Program-made: the position numbers and the translations under genes
Source: Dehalococcoidia bacterium
Lineage (GTDB): Bacteria > Chloroflexota > Dehalococcoidia > Lucifugimonadales > UBA3495
DNA: 64,000 nt
Direction: 5' to 3'
Assembly (NCBI GenBank): GCA_965203855.1
Contig: CBDBDN010000005.1
Location: 463,806 to 527,805, forward strand
Notes under the pieces: generated by a model
Told to the model about the DNA's origin: nothing
The model's database searches: none
The model's input: only the letters and a program-made list of their open reading frames with translations
In this document: positions 53,967 through 62,608 of the stretch, piece after piece
Numbering within the stretch: position 1 is the stretch's first letter
How the letters are laid out: each line of letters opens with the position of its first letter

Positions 53967-56057
53967 ATGTATCAACGGCAGCAATTACTGGCGGAACGGG
54001 AGATTGAGCCGGGGCCGCCGCTTACTTTGAGGGGCGCGCTGGATACTGCCATCGCCCGCACGCAGGGGTTTTTCCGCCGCAGCCAGTACGGGGCCGGCTA
54101 CTGGTGGGGGGAGCTGGAATCCAACAATACGATGGAAGCGGAGTACATTATGTTATGTCGCTTCCTGGGGCGGCATAACCCGGAACGGGAGCGGCACATC
54201 GTAAATTACCTGCGGAGCAAGCAGAGCGCCGACGGGTCGTGGGCGATTTACTACGGCGCGCCCGGCGACCTTTCGACGACTGTGGAATGCTATTTCGCGC
54301 TGAAACTCTGCGGGGAAGCCCCGGATGCGGAGTATATGCGGCGGGCCCGGCAGTTTATTATGTCCAAGGGCGGGCTGCCCGGCGTCCGGGTGTTCACGCG
54401 CATCTGGCTGGCGCTGCTGGGGCAGTGGCAATGGGACGGGACGCCGCGCCTGCTGCCGGAGATGATGCTGGTGCCGAACTGGGCGCCGTTCAGCATCTAT
54501 CGGTTTGCCAGCTGGGCGCGCGGTTGCATTGTGCCGCTGTCTATTGTATCGGCGCGCAGCCCGGTGCGACGCATCCCGCCGAAGCATAGGATTGACGAAC
54601 TGCTGCCGGACGGGCCGGAAAATACCGACTACTCAATGCCGACGCCGCCGGGCATCAGCCTGGCCAAAGCGCTTTCGCTGCTGGAAAAGAGCGTTGTATC
54701 GCTGTATAACCGCATCCCGGCCAACCCGGTCCGCAAGTGGGCCGAAAAGAAGGCGATTCGCTGGATACTGGAACACCAGGAGCAGGATGGCAGCTGGGGG
54801 GGTATCCAGCCGCCGTGGGTGTACAGCCTGATTGCGCTCAGCGCCGCCGGGTTTCCCGACAGCCATCCGGCCATAGCGCGGGGATTTGAGGGGCTGGAAA
54901 CTTTCGGCATACAGAAAGGCGACTGCTGGACGATTCAGGGTTGCATTTCGCCGGTTTGGGATACTTGCCTGGTGGTGCAGGCATTGGCGGAAAGCGGCGT
55001 TCCGGTTGAGGATCCGATGCTCGGCGCGGCTACGGAATGGCTGCTGGATCAGCAGATACTATCCGGGGGCGACTGGCAGGTTCAGGCCAACCGGCTACCG
55101 CCCGGCGGCTGGGCTTTTGAGTTCCACAATGACTGGTATCCCGATGTGGACGACACCGCTGAGGTAGCGCTGGCCTTGCGCCTTACCCGGCTGCCGGGGG
55201 ATGAGGACCGGAGGCGTCAGGCGGCCATCCGGCGCGCGGTTACCTGGATTTCGGGGATGCAGAACAAGGACGGCGGCTGGGCGTCTTTTGACAAGAACAA
55301 CAACCATAACTATCTTACGGCGCTGGCGTTCAGCGATTTCGGGGAAGTGCTGGATCCGTCCAGCGCGGATGTTACGGCGCACGTTTTGGAGATGTACGGG
55401 AAGCTGGGGTATCGGGCCGACCATCGCAGTTTGCAGTCGGCCTATCGCTACCTGCGCGCGGAACAGGAGCCCAACGGCAGCTGGTTCGGGCGGTGGGGCG
55501 TCAATTACATATACGGGCTGGGCGCCGCGCTACCGGCTCTGGAGGCGATTGGAGAGGATATGTCGCAGCCCTTTGTGCAGCGGGCGGTAGAATGGCTGGC
55601 GGCGCATCAGAACGCGGACGGCGGGTGGGGCGAAACCTGCGCTTCTTATGTTGACCAGGAGCAGCATGGAGTTGGGCCGAGCACGGCGTCGCAAACGGCA
55701 TGGGCGCTGATTGCCCTGATTGCTGCCGGTCGCGCCGAGCATCCCGCCGCGCTGCGGGGGGCGCAGTATCTGCTGGACACGCAGCGCCCGGACGGGCAAT
55801 GGGACGAACCTTATTTCACCGGAACCGGCTTTCCGGGCTATCTGAAAGGGGCGCGGGTGGACCGAATACCGCAGCCGGGCGAGCGCGGGTTCCAGGGGCC
55901 GGAGCTGTCGGCCGGCTTTATGATAAACTACCATCTGTACCGGAACACTTGGCCGCTGCTGGCTTTATCCCGTTTCCGCGCGCGTCTGGCCGCTCATTCC
56001 GATCGTTATGAATTACGCCGCAACGGACATTTTTCAGACGGAAATTCGCCAGGCTGA
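53967..56057 (+). CDS. shc: squalene-hopene cyclase
   Basis: QW repeats (QSADGSW, QEQDGSW, QNKDGGW, QNADGGW), SPVWDT, catalytic YPDVDDT, GRWGVNYIYG. Confidence 0.97.
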   Translation: MYQRQQLLAEREIEPGPPLTLRGALDTAIARTQGFFRRSQYGAGYWWGELESNNTMEAEYIMLCRFLGRHNPERERHIVNYLRSKQSADGSWAIYYGAPGDLSTTVECYFALKLCGEAPDAEYMRRARQFIMSKGGLPGVRVFTRIWLALLGQWQWDGTPRLLPEMMLVPNWAPFSIYRFASWARGCIVPLSIVSARSPVRRIPPKHRIDELLPDGPENTDYSMPTPPGISLAKALSLLEKSVVSLYNRIPANPVRKWAEKKAIRWILEHQEQDGSWGGIQPPWVYSLIALSAAGFPDSHPAIARGFEGLETFGIQKGDCWTIQGCISPVWDTCLVVQALAESGVPVEDPMLGAATEWLLDQQILSGGDWQVQANRLPPGGWAFEFHNDWYPDVDDTAEVALALRLTRLPGDEDRRRQAAIRRAVTWISGMQNKDGGWASFDKNNNHNYLTALAFSDFGEVLDPSSADVTAHVLEMYGKLGYRADHRSLQSAYRYLRAEQEPNGSWFGRWGVNYIYGLGAALPALEAIGEDMSQPFVQRAVEWLAAHQNADGGWGETCASYVDQEQHGVGPSTASQTAWALIALIAAGRAEHPAALRGAQYLLDTQRPDGQWDEPYFTGTGFPGYLKGARVDRIPQPGERGFQGPELSAGFMINYHLYRNTWPLLALSRFRARLAAHSDRYELRRNGHFSDGNSPG

Positions 56058-56130
56058 ACTGCGAGGCCCGGCCGCTGCCGCCGGTCTGTCATCTACTGCA
56101 ATCCATTCCCTCACTACCCTTTTGCAGATT

Positions 56131-56574
56131 ATGAAAACGAAAAACTTTACGCTGAAAGTCAATACGCGGGAGGCGCCGCAGTTTATTGACATCACCGATT
56201 GGGTCAAGGAGTGCGTCGGCAAGTCGCAGATCGGCAACGGCTTGGTGGTGGTGTATTCGCGGCATACTACGGCGGCGGTATGCATCAACGAGAACGAACC
56301 GCTGCTGCTGGAGGATCTGGCCGGATTTCTGGAACGGATTTGCCCGCGTGATGCCGATTATCGGCACAATGACTTCAGCGTGCGGACCGCCAATATGACG
56401 CCGGACGAATCGCCCAACGCGCACGCTCATTTGCAGCATCTGATGCTGGGCAGCAGCGAAACGATTCCGCTGATTGACAGCGCAATGCCTTTCGGCAAGT
56501 GGCAAAGCATATTTTTCATTGAGCTGGACCATCCGCGCGCCCGGGAAGTAATGGTTCAGATTGTCGGCGACTGA
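56131..56574 (+). CDS. yjbQ: YjbQ/UPF0047 family protein
   Basis: HTTAAVCINENE, YRHND, NAHAHL, GKWQSIFFIELD. Confidence 0.9.
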   Translation: MKTKNFTLKVNTREAPQFIDITDWVKECVGKSQIGNGLVVVYSRHTTAAVCINENEPLLLEDLAGFLERICPRDADYRHNDFSVRTANMTPDESPNAHAHLQHLMLGSSETIPLIDSAMPFGKWQSIFFIELDHPRAREVMVQIVGD

Positions 56575-56611
56575 CCGGCGACCGGACGGTACGCAGCGCG
56601 CCAGGGGGCTT

Positions 56612-57634
56612 ATGATGTCCAACCGGCCTTACGCCTCAACTGCCTACGCTATGCCGGACGCCGGCGGCGGAGCGTCTAGGACGCCGCCGACTCTGGAGGC
56701 GGCGCAAGAGTACTGCGCCCGGTTGGCGCGCCGTCATTATGAAAACTTTAATGTGGGCGGCCGGATTACGCCCAAAGACAAACGACCCGATGTTTATGCC
56801 ATCTATGCCTGGTGCCGCACCGTGGACGATTTAGGCGACGAAACATTTTCCGATGACCCGGCGGGCGGGGCGGCCAAGGCCGGGCGGTTGCGCTCTGATA
56901 TAGCCCGGCGCCGGCTGGCGCGGCTGGACTGGTGGGAATCGGAACTGGAGTCGGCTTATAATGGACAGCCGACGCATCCCGTCGCCGTGGCCTTGCAGCA
57001 TACGGTGGCTCGGTTCGACATTCCTGCGGAGCCGTTTCGGCGACTGATTGAGGCCAACCGCATTGACCAGGGCGTAGGGCGGTTTGCGACGATGGATGAA
57101 GTTCTGCATTACTGCCGGCATTCCGCCAATCCGGTCGGGCATTTGTATTTGTATCTTTTCGGGTATGCGGATGCGGAACGGCAGCGGCTGGCCGATTACA
57201 CCTGCACGGCATTGCAGCTGGCTAATTTCTGGCAGGATGTGGCGCGCGATTACCGCGACCGGGGCCGCATCTACCTGCCGCAAGATGATATGGCGCGTTA
57301 CGGCGTGTCGGAGGAGGATATTGCCAACGGGGTTTGCCGCGACGAGTTCCGGCGGCTGCTGCGCCGGGAATGCGACTTTGCGATGGATTTGTTCCGGCAA
57401 GGCGCGCCGCTGGTCGGCACGCTGGAACGACGCGCCCGTCTGCCCGTAGCCCTGTTCACACGCGGCGGCGCAGCCGTGCTGGAGGCCATCCGCAAACAGG
57501 ATTACGATGTGCTGGCGCATCGTCCGCGCATCTCCGGGCGGCGGAAAGGCTGGCTGCTGGCGTCGGCATGGTTGAGCAGCCGGCTGGGTATGGGCTATGG
57601 AATGCCGGCGGCGTCAAGGGCAGCGGAACTATGA
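56612..57634 (+). CDS. hpnC: hydroxysqualene synthase
   Basis: HYENF, IYAWCRTVDDLGDE, YCRHSANPVG, CTALQLANFWQDV. Confidence 0.92.
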   Translation: MMSNRPYASTAYAMPDAGGGASRTPPTLEAAQEYCARLARRHYENFNVGGRITPKDKRPDVYAIYAWCRTVDDLGDETFSDDPAGGAAKAGRLRSDIARRRLARLDWWESELESAYNGQPTHPVAVALQHTVARFDIPAEPFRRLIEANRIDQGVGRFATMDEVLHYCRHSANPVGHLYLYLFGYADAERQRLADYTCTALQLANFWQDVARDYRDRGRIYLPQDDMARYGVSEEDIANGVCRDEFRRLLRRECDFAMDLFRQGAPLVGTLERRARLPVALFTRGGAAVLEAIRKQDYDVLAHRPRISGRRKGWLLASAWLSSRLGMGYGMPAASRAAEL

Positions 57635-58530
57635 ATACGCCGCCCGTATCTGCCGCCGCTGCGCCGTCGCCGGCGGTCCTGGCCGCCGCCTATGCGGAAT
57701 GCCGGCAGATTACCCGCCGGGAGGCGCGCAATTTTTACTTCGCTTTCCTGACTTTGCCGGCGCGGCGGCGGCGGGCTATTTATGTAGCCTACGCTTTCTG
57801 CCGCTATTGCGATGACGCCGTGGACGCCGCCGGAACTGCGGACGCCAAGATGGCGCGGGTCAATCAACTGCGCGCACAGCTGGACGCCGCCTATGCCGGG
57901 TATGCCGACACCCCGCTGTTCATCGGGCTGGCCGATGTGGCCGCCGCCTATGCGATACCGCAGCAGTATTTCAGCGCAGTGCTGGACGGGGTAGAAAGCG
58001 ACTTGGTGAAAACCCGCTACGCCGATTTTGCCGAACTGCGCCGCTACTGCTATCAGGTGGCATCTGCCGTCGGCCTGGTCTGCATTCACATTTTCGGATG
58101 CCGGATTAATGACGAATCCCGGCAGCGCGCTATTGACCTGGGGCTGGCAATGCAGCTCACCAACATTTGCCGGGATGTGAGAGAGGATTGGGATTTGGGG
58201 CGGGTTTATCTGCCGCAGGATGAGCGGGACAGTTTCGGCGTCAGCGAGGATGACCTGGCGGCGGGAGTTGTAACGCCGCAGTTCGCCGGATTGATGCAGT
58301 ATCAGATTGAACGGGCGCGCTATTATTTTGCCAGCGGACGCCGGCTGCTGCCCTACCTGCCGCGCCGCTCCCGGGCTTGTCCGGCCGCTTTGGGGCTGAT
58401 TTACGGCCGCGTCCTGGATCGTATTGAGATGCGGGGCGGCGATGTTTTCAGCGAGCGCATCAGCCCGGGAAAGGGCGAAAAGGTGCGGCTGATGGCCCGC
58501 GCCTGGCTTACCGCCCCGCTGCTGAATTGA
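57631..58530 (+). CDS. hpnD: presqualene diphosphate synthase
   Basis: NFYFAF, YAFCRYCDDAVD, YCYQVASAVG, LGLAMQLTNICRDVRED..GRVYLP. Confidence 0.9.
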   Translation: MNTPPVSAAAAPSPAVLAAAYAECRQITRREARNFYFAFLTLPARRRRAIYVAYAFCRYCDDAVDAAGTADAKMARVNQLRAQLDAAYAGYADTPLFIGLADVAAAYAIPQQYFSAVLDGVESDLVKTRYADFAELRRYCYQVASAVGLVCIHIFGCRINDESRQRAIDLGLAMQLTNICRDVREDWDLGRVYLPQDERDSFGVSEDDLAAGVVTPQFAGLMQYQIERARYYFASGRRLLPYLPRRSRACPAALGLIYGRVLDRIEMRGGDVFSERISPGKGEKVRLMARAWLTAPLLN

Positions 58531-59984
58531 CTGCGACTGCGCCGCCGGCCCCCGGTTCCGCCGCCCGTTCTGTCGTGATAATCGGCGGCGGTTTGGCGGG
58601 CATCGCCGCCGCGGTGCGCCTGGCCGAGGCCGGCTGGCGGGTTACGCTGCTGGAAGCGCGGCGCACGCTGGGGGGGCGCGTCTTTTCCTTTGACGATCCC
58701 GCCGGAAACGAGAGCGCGCTGGACAATGGACAGCACGTAATCGTGGGGGCGTGCGGCGCTTTTATTGATTTCCTGCAACACATCGGAGCGTGGCAGTACT
58801 GGCATCTGCAACCGCAGCTGGACGCTCCGATTTATGACCGCAGCGGCCGGCGGGGACGGCTGTACGGCGTCAACCTGCCGGCGCCGGCGCATTTGCTGCC
58901 GTCTTTCGTGGCATATCCCCATCTGAATGGACGGGAAAAGCTGCGCGCCGTGCGGGGACTGCTGGCGGCGATGCGGGCCCGGCGCAGCGATCCGGCTCTG
59001 GAGCAAACCTCTTTCTGCCAGTGGCTGCGGGCTAACGGGCAGTCGGAACGCGCCATCCGCAACCTGTGGAATGTGCTGATTGAAGGGACGCTGAACGACA
59101 AAGTGGGCGAGGTCAGCGCGGCGATGGGCTTGATGATTATCCAAGATGGGCTGCTGCAATCGCGCCGGGCCGCCAACATTGGCTACCCGACGGTTCCCTT
59201 GCAGGATGCGGTGGGACGGCCGGCGTGCCGGTTTCTGCAAGCGCGCGGCGTCCAGGTGCGGCCCGGCGGCCCGGCGCGCCGCATTGATATTGCCGCCGAC
59301 GGCGCAGTGTGCGGCGTCAGCGCCGGCGATGGAATGACGGTATCCGCCGACGCTTATATCAGCGCCGTTCCGTTCTGGACGCTGCCGGGGCTGCTGCCGG
59401 CGGCGTTGGCATCCCGTGAACCTTTCGCCGGCATCGCCCGGTTGGAAAGCGCGCCTATCGTCAACATTCATTTGCGCTACGACCGTCCGATAATGTCCGA
59501 GCATTTCTGCTATTTTGTGGACAGCCCTTTGCAGTGGGTTTTCAATCGTTCCGCCATACACGGATATGACGGCGGCGGCGGCAGCCAGGAGCTTACGGTG
59601 TCCATCAGCGCGGCGTGGGAGTATATTGACGGCGACCGGGCGGAGCTGGCGGCGGGCACTGATGCCGAAGTGCGGCGGGTGTTTCCGGCGGCGGCTTCTG
59701 CGGTTCTCGGCGGCGTCAGCGTGGTCAAGCAGCGCAACGCTACATTGCGCTGCCGGCCTGGGGCCGCCGGCTGGCGCCCAGGGCCGGTTACGCCGGTTCC
59801 GAACCTGTTCCTGGCCGGCGAATGGACGGCTACGGGATGGCCGTCAACTATGGAGAGTGCGATAATCAGCGGCTATAATGCGGCGGCGGCGGTGATGGCG
59901 GCAGATTTACCCGTCAACCCGAATCGCAATAGTCCGAACCTCGATAATCCGAATCGCAACGCCGGGGGCGCAGCAAGTGACTGA
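58527..59984 (+). CDS. hpnE: hydroxysqualene dehydroxylase
   Basis: IIGGGLAG, LGGR..S, LDNGQHV, LAGEWTATGWPSTMESA. Confidence 0.92.
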   Translation: MTATAPPAPGSAARSVVIIGGGLAGIAAAVRLAEAGWRVTLLEARRTLGGRVFSFDDPAGNESALDNGQHVIVGACGAFIDFLQHIGAWQYWHLQPQLDAPIYDRSGRRGRLYGVNLPAPAHLLPSFVAYPHLNGREKLRAVRGLLAAMRARRSDPALEQTSFCQWLRANGQSERAIRNLWNVLIEGTLNDKVGEVSAAMGLMIIQDGLLQSRRAANIGYPTVPLQDAVGRPACRFLQARGVQVRPGGPARRIDIAADGAVCGVSAGDGMTVSADAYISAVPFWTLPGLLPAALASREPFAGIARLESAPIVNIHLRYDRPIMSEHFCYFVDSPLQWVFNRSAIHGYDGGGGSQELTVSISAAWEYIDGDRAELAAGTDAEVRRVFPAAASAVLGGVSVVKQRNATLRCRPGAAGWRPGPVTPVPNLFLAGEWTATGWPSTMESAIISGYNAAAAVMAADLPVNPNRNSPNLDNPNRNAGGAASD

Positions 59985-60639
59985 CCAGTGGCAGCAGCAG
60001 CGGCAGGAATTGACCGAGGCCACCCGTGAAATGTACCGGCGCGGGCTGGTAGGGGCCTACTCCGGCAACACGAGCCGGCGCCTCACCGGAACCGGGGCCG
60101 ACGGCTTGCTGCTGGTCACGCCAACGCACCATCCCTATTATCGCTTGCAGCCTGATGAGCTGGTGGTGGTTGACCTGGAGGGCCGGCCGGTTGCGGAGAG
60201 AGGCCTTAAGCCGTCATCGGAAACGCGGCTGCACCTGGAAATCTACCGCCAGCGTCCCGATGTGCAGGCGGTGGCGCATACGCATTCCATATATGCGTCG
60301 GTGGCGGCGGTGATTGGCCGGGACATACCGCCGTTGATTGACGAAATGCTACTGACGATTGGCGGGCCGGTGAAAGTCAGCCGGTACGCGTTTCCTGGCA
60401 CGCAGGAGCTGGCGGACGCGGCCTACGCCGCCCTTGGCGACCGCAACGCGGCCCTGCTGCGGAACCATGGCGCCGTTGGGGTCGGGCCAGACATTTGGGA
60501 GGCGTTGGAAGTGTGCGATCTGGTGGAACGGCTGGCGCAAATTTTTGTGCTGGCGCGCAACTTCGGCCCGCGCGCCGCAATTCCGCTGCCCGATGACGCT
60601 ATTGAAACGGAGCTGGCAATGTTCCGGGAGCAGCGCTGA
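59977..60639 (+). CDS. class II aldolase/adducin family protein (FucA-like)
   Basis: SGNTS, VTPT, KPSSE..LH, AHTHS, LLRNHG. Confidence 0.9.
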   Translation: MTDQWQQQRQELTEATREMYRRGLVGAYSGNTSRRLTGTGADGLLLVTPTHHPYYRLQPDELVVVDLEGRPVAERGLKPSSETRLHLEIYRQRPDVQAVAHTHSIYASVAAVIGRDIPPLIDEMLLTIGGPVKVSRYAFPGTQELADAAYAALGDRNAALLRNHGAVGVGPDIWEALEVCDLVERLAQIFVLARNFGPRAAIPLPDDAIETELAMFREQR

Positions 60640-60642
60640 CCG

Positions 60643-61617
60643 ATGGCGACACAGCGTCCAACCGCGCCGGATCCGGCCGCCGTTATTGCGGTGGTCGGCA
60701 CATCGTCCTACGTCGGCTCGGCCATCATGCTGCACCTGGAAGCCGAAATGTCGCAAGACGCAGCGGATGGACGCCGCCTGGTGTCGCTGGACAACAACCC
60801 GCTGCGCTGGCCGGTGAGTCGGCTTTCGGCGCATCGCATGGGGATGGCTTACGGCGGCGAGGAAATCACGCTGGAAGCGATTCCCGATCTGCTGCGGCTG
60901 GAAACGGTGGATACGGTGGTCTATGTCGGCAGCAATTATGACGGCGCCGATGCGGCGGAACGGCTGTCGGAAACGCCGCGATGGGTAGAGGCCAGCCGCG
61001 CCGCCGGCGTGCGGCAGTTCGTGTGCCTCTCCGATTATCGGGTGTATGGCATCAAACCGGGTCATACCATACCGATTACGGAGCGGGCCGAACTCGACCG
61101 GGACGGGATACACGGCCACATCGCCGCCGCTGAACCCGACTGCGGGCCGCCGGATGATGCGACAACGCCGGACGCGATGCGAATAGCAGTACTGCGTACA
61201 GCGATGACATTAGGCCCCGGCGGCGCCAGTCCGGCGGCGGATGAATTTTTGGCCCGCCGTGTCCGCGCCGGCGGCAAACACAACCCGCCGCTGCAATTTC
61301 TGCACGAATACGACTTGGCCTGCGCCGTGAGCGCAACGATCAAGGGGCGTCTGGCCGGCGTCTATAATCTGGCCGGCGACGGCACGATTTGCGTGCGGGA
61401 TACCGCGCTTGCCGGCAAGGAATTGTCGTCCCGCTCCGGGAATCGGGCAGTCTTGCGAAGTCGCTGGGGCGGAAAATCCGGCGACCCGACGCGATTTCCG
61501 GTAGTAATCAGCGCCGCCAAGTTCAAGCAGGCCGCCGGTTTCAAGTACAAGTATTCATCGCAGCGGGCATTGCTCTCTTATTGCAGTTCCGTTCTGCTGG
61601 AACCGGGAGTGCGCTGA
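60643..61617 (+). CDS. atypical NAD-dependent epimerase/SDR-fold protein
   Basis: Degenerate VVGTSSYVG nucleotide-binding motif, S..VYG..PITE, LQFLHEYD..GVYNLAG; no clear YxxxK. Confidence 0.65.
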   Translation: MATQRPTAPDPAAVIAVVGTSSYVGSAIMLHLEAEMSQDAADGRRLVSLDNNPLRWPVSRLSAHRMGMAYGGEEITLEAIPDLLRLETVDTVVYVGSNYDGADAAERLSETPRWVEASRAAGVRQFVCLSDYRVYGIKPGHTIPITERAELDRDGIHGHIAAAEPDCGPPDDATTPDAMRIAVLRTAMTLGPGGASPAADEFLARRVRAGGKHNPPLQFLHEYDLACAVSATIKGRLAGVYNLAGDGTICVRDTALAGKELSSRSGNRAVLRSRWGGKSGDPTRFPVVISAAKFKQAAGFKYKYSSQRALLSYCSSVLLEPGVR

Positions 61618-62564
61618 TGCCGGCGCCATCCGACGCTGCGCCCATCCCCGTCATCATTGACACGGATCCCGGCGTTGACGATGCCATCGCCCTGCTGATG
61701 GCGCTGGCCTGCCCGATGCTGGACATTATCGGGGTTACCGCGGTGGGCGGGAATGTACCGCTGGCGCGCGCTACTCGCAATGCGCTGGCGCTGCTGGAAT
61801 ACGCCGGCCGGGCCGACATTCCGGTGTTTCGGGGGGCATCCCGTCCGTTGCGGGGAGCATTTCCCTACGCCCAAGAGGTGCATTCGCCGGCCGGGTTGAC
61901 GCGCCGGCTGCCCAACCCGACGGTTAAGTCGGCAAAGATTAATGCGGTGCAGTTTCTGGCCGACGCGCTGGCCGCAGCGCCGGGCGCAATAACGATTATC
62001 GCCTTGGGGCCGCTTACCAACTTGGCGCGGCTACTGCGCCGGCATCCGGCGGCGTTCCGGGGCGTCCGCAGCATCGTGGTGATGGGCGGCGGCATCGACG
62101 TCCCCGGCAATGTTACGCCCTTTGCCGAGTTCAACTTTTACAGCGACCCGACCGCCGCGCGTTTGGTGATGGAGTCGGGCGTACCGATAACGCTGGTTGA
62201 CCTGGCGGCGTGCCGGCAAGTCTATCTGACGAAAACGGAGCTGGCCGGCATCACCGCCGACAGCAGGGAAGGGCAACTGGCCGCGGAACTGCTGGACGGC
62301 TGGTTCCGCAACGACCCCAAACGGGAGCGTTTCAACCTGTATGACCCGCTGGCGGTTGCCGCATCTATTGACGCCGGCGTGATGCACACGCGCCGCTTGG
62401 CGCTAACCGTGGCCGACGCGGATACTGCCGATGACGCATCTCTATGGGGGCAATGCCGCATCGTGGATGATGCGCCCGGCACGGTCGCGGTTGCGGATGG
62501 GGATGGCGGCGTTGACTGTGAACGGGCGCGAGCTATCATTCGCAATCTGCTAGGCTGGCGGTAA
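61617..62564 (+). CDS. inosine-uridine nucleoside hydrolase family protein
   Basis: IIDTDPGVDDA, GNV, LGPLTN, MGG..GNVTPFAEFNFYSDP, LYDP. Confidence 0.92.
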   Translation: MPAPSDAAPIPVIIDTDPGVDDAIALLMALACPMLDIIGVTAVGGNVPLARATRNALALLEYAGRADIPVFRGASRPLRGAFPYAQEVHSPAGLTRRLPNPTVKSAKINAVQFLADALAAAPGAITIIALGPLTNLARLLRRHPAAFRGVRSIVVMGGGIDVPGNVTPFAEFNFYSDPTAARLVMESGVPITLVDLAACRQVYLTKTELAGITADSREGQLAAELLDGWFRNDPKRERFNLYDPLAVAASIDAGVMHTRRLALTVADADTADDASLWGQCRIVDDAPGTVAVADGDGGVDCERARAIIRNLLGWR

Positions 62565-62608
62565 CGCTACCGCCAGTGTCCGAGATTGTCAACAAGGAGA
62601 CGCCGCCA

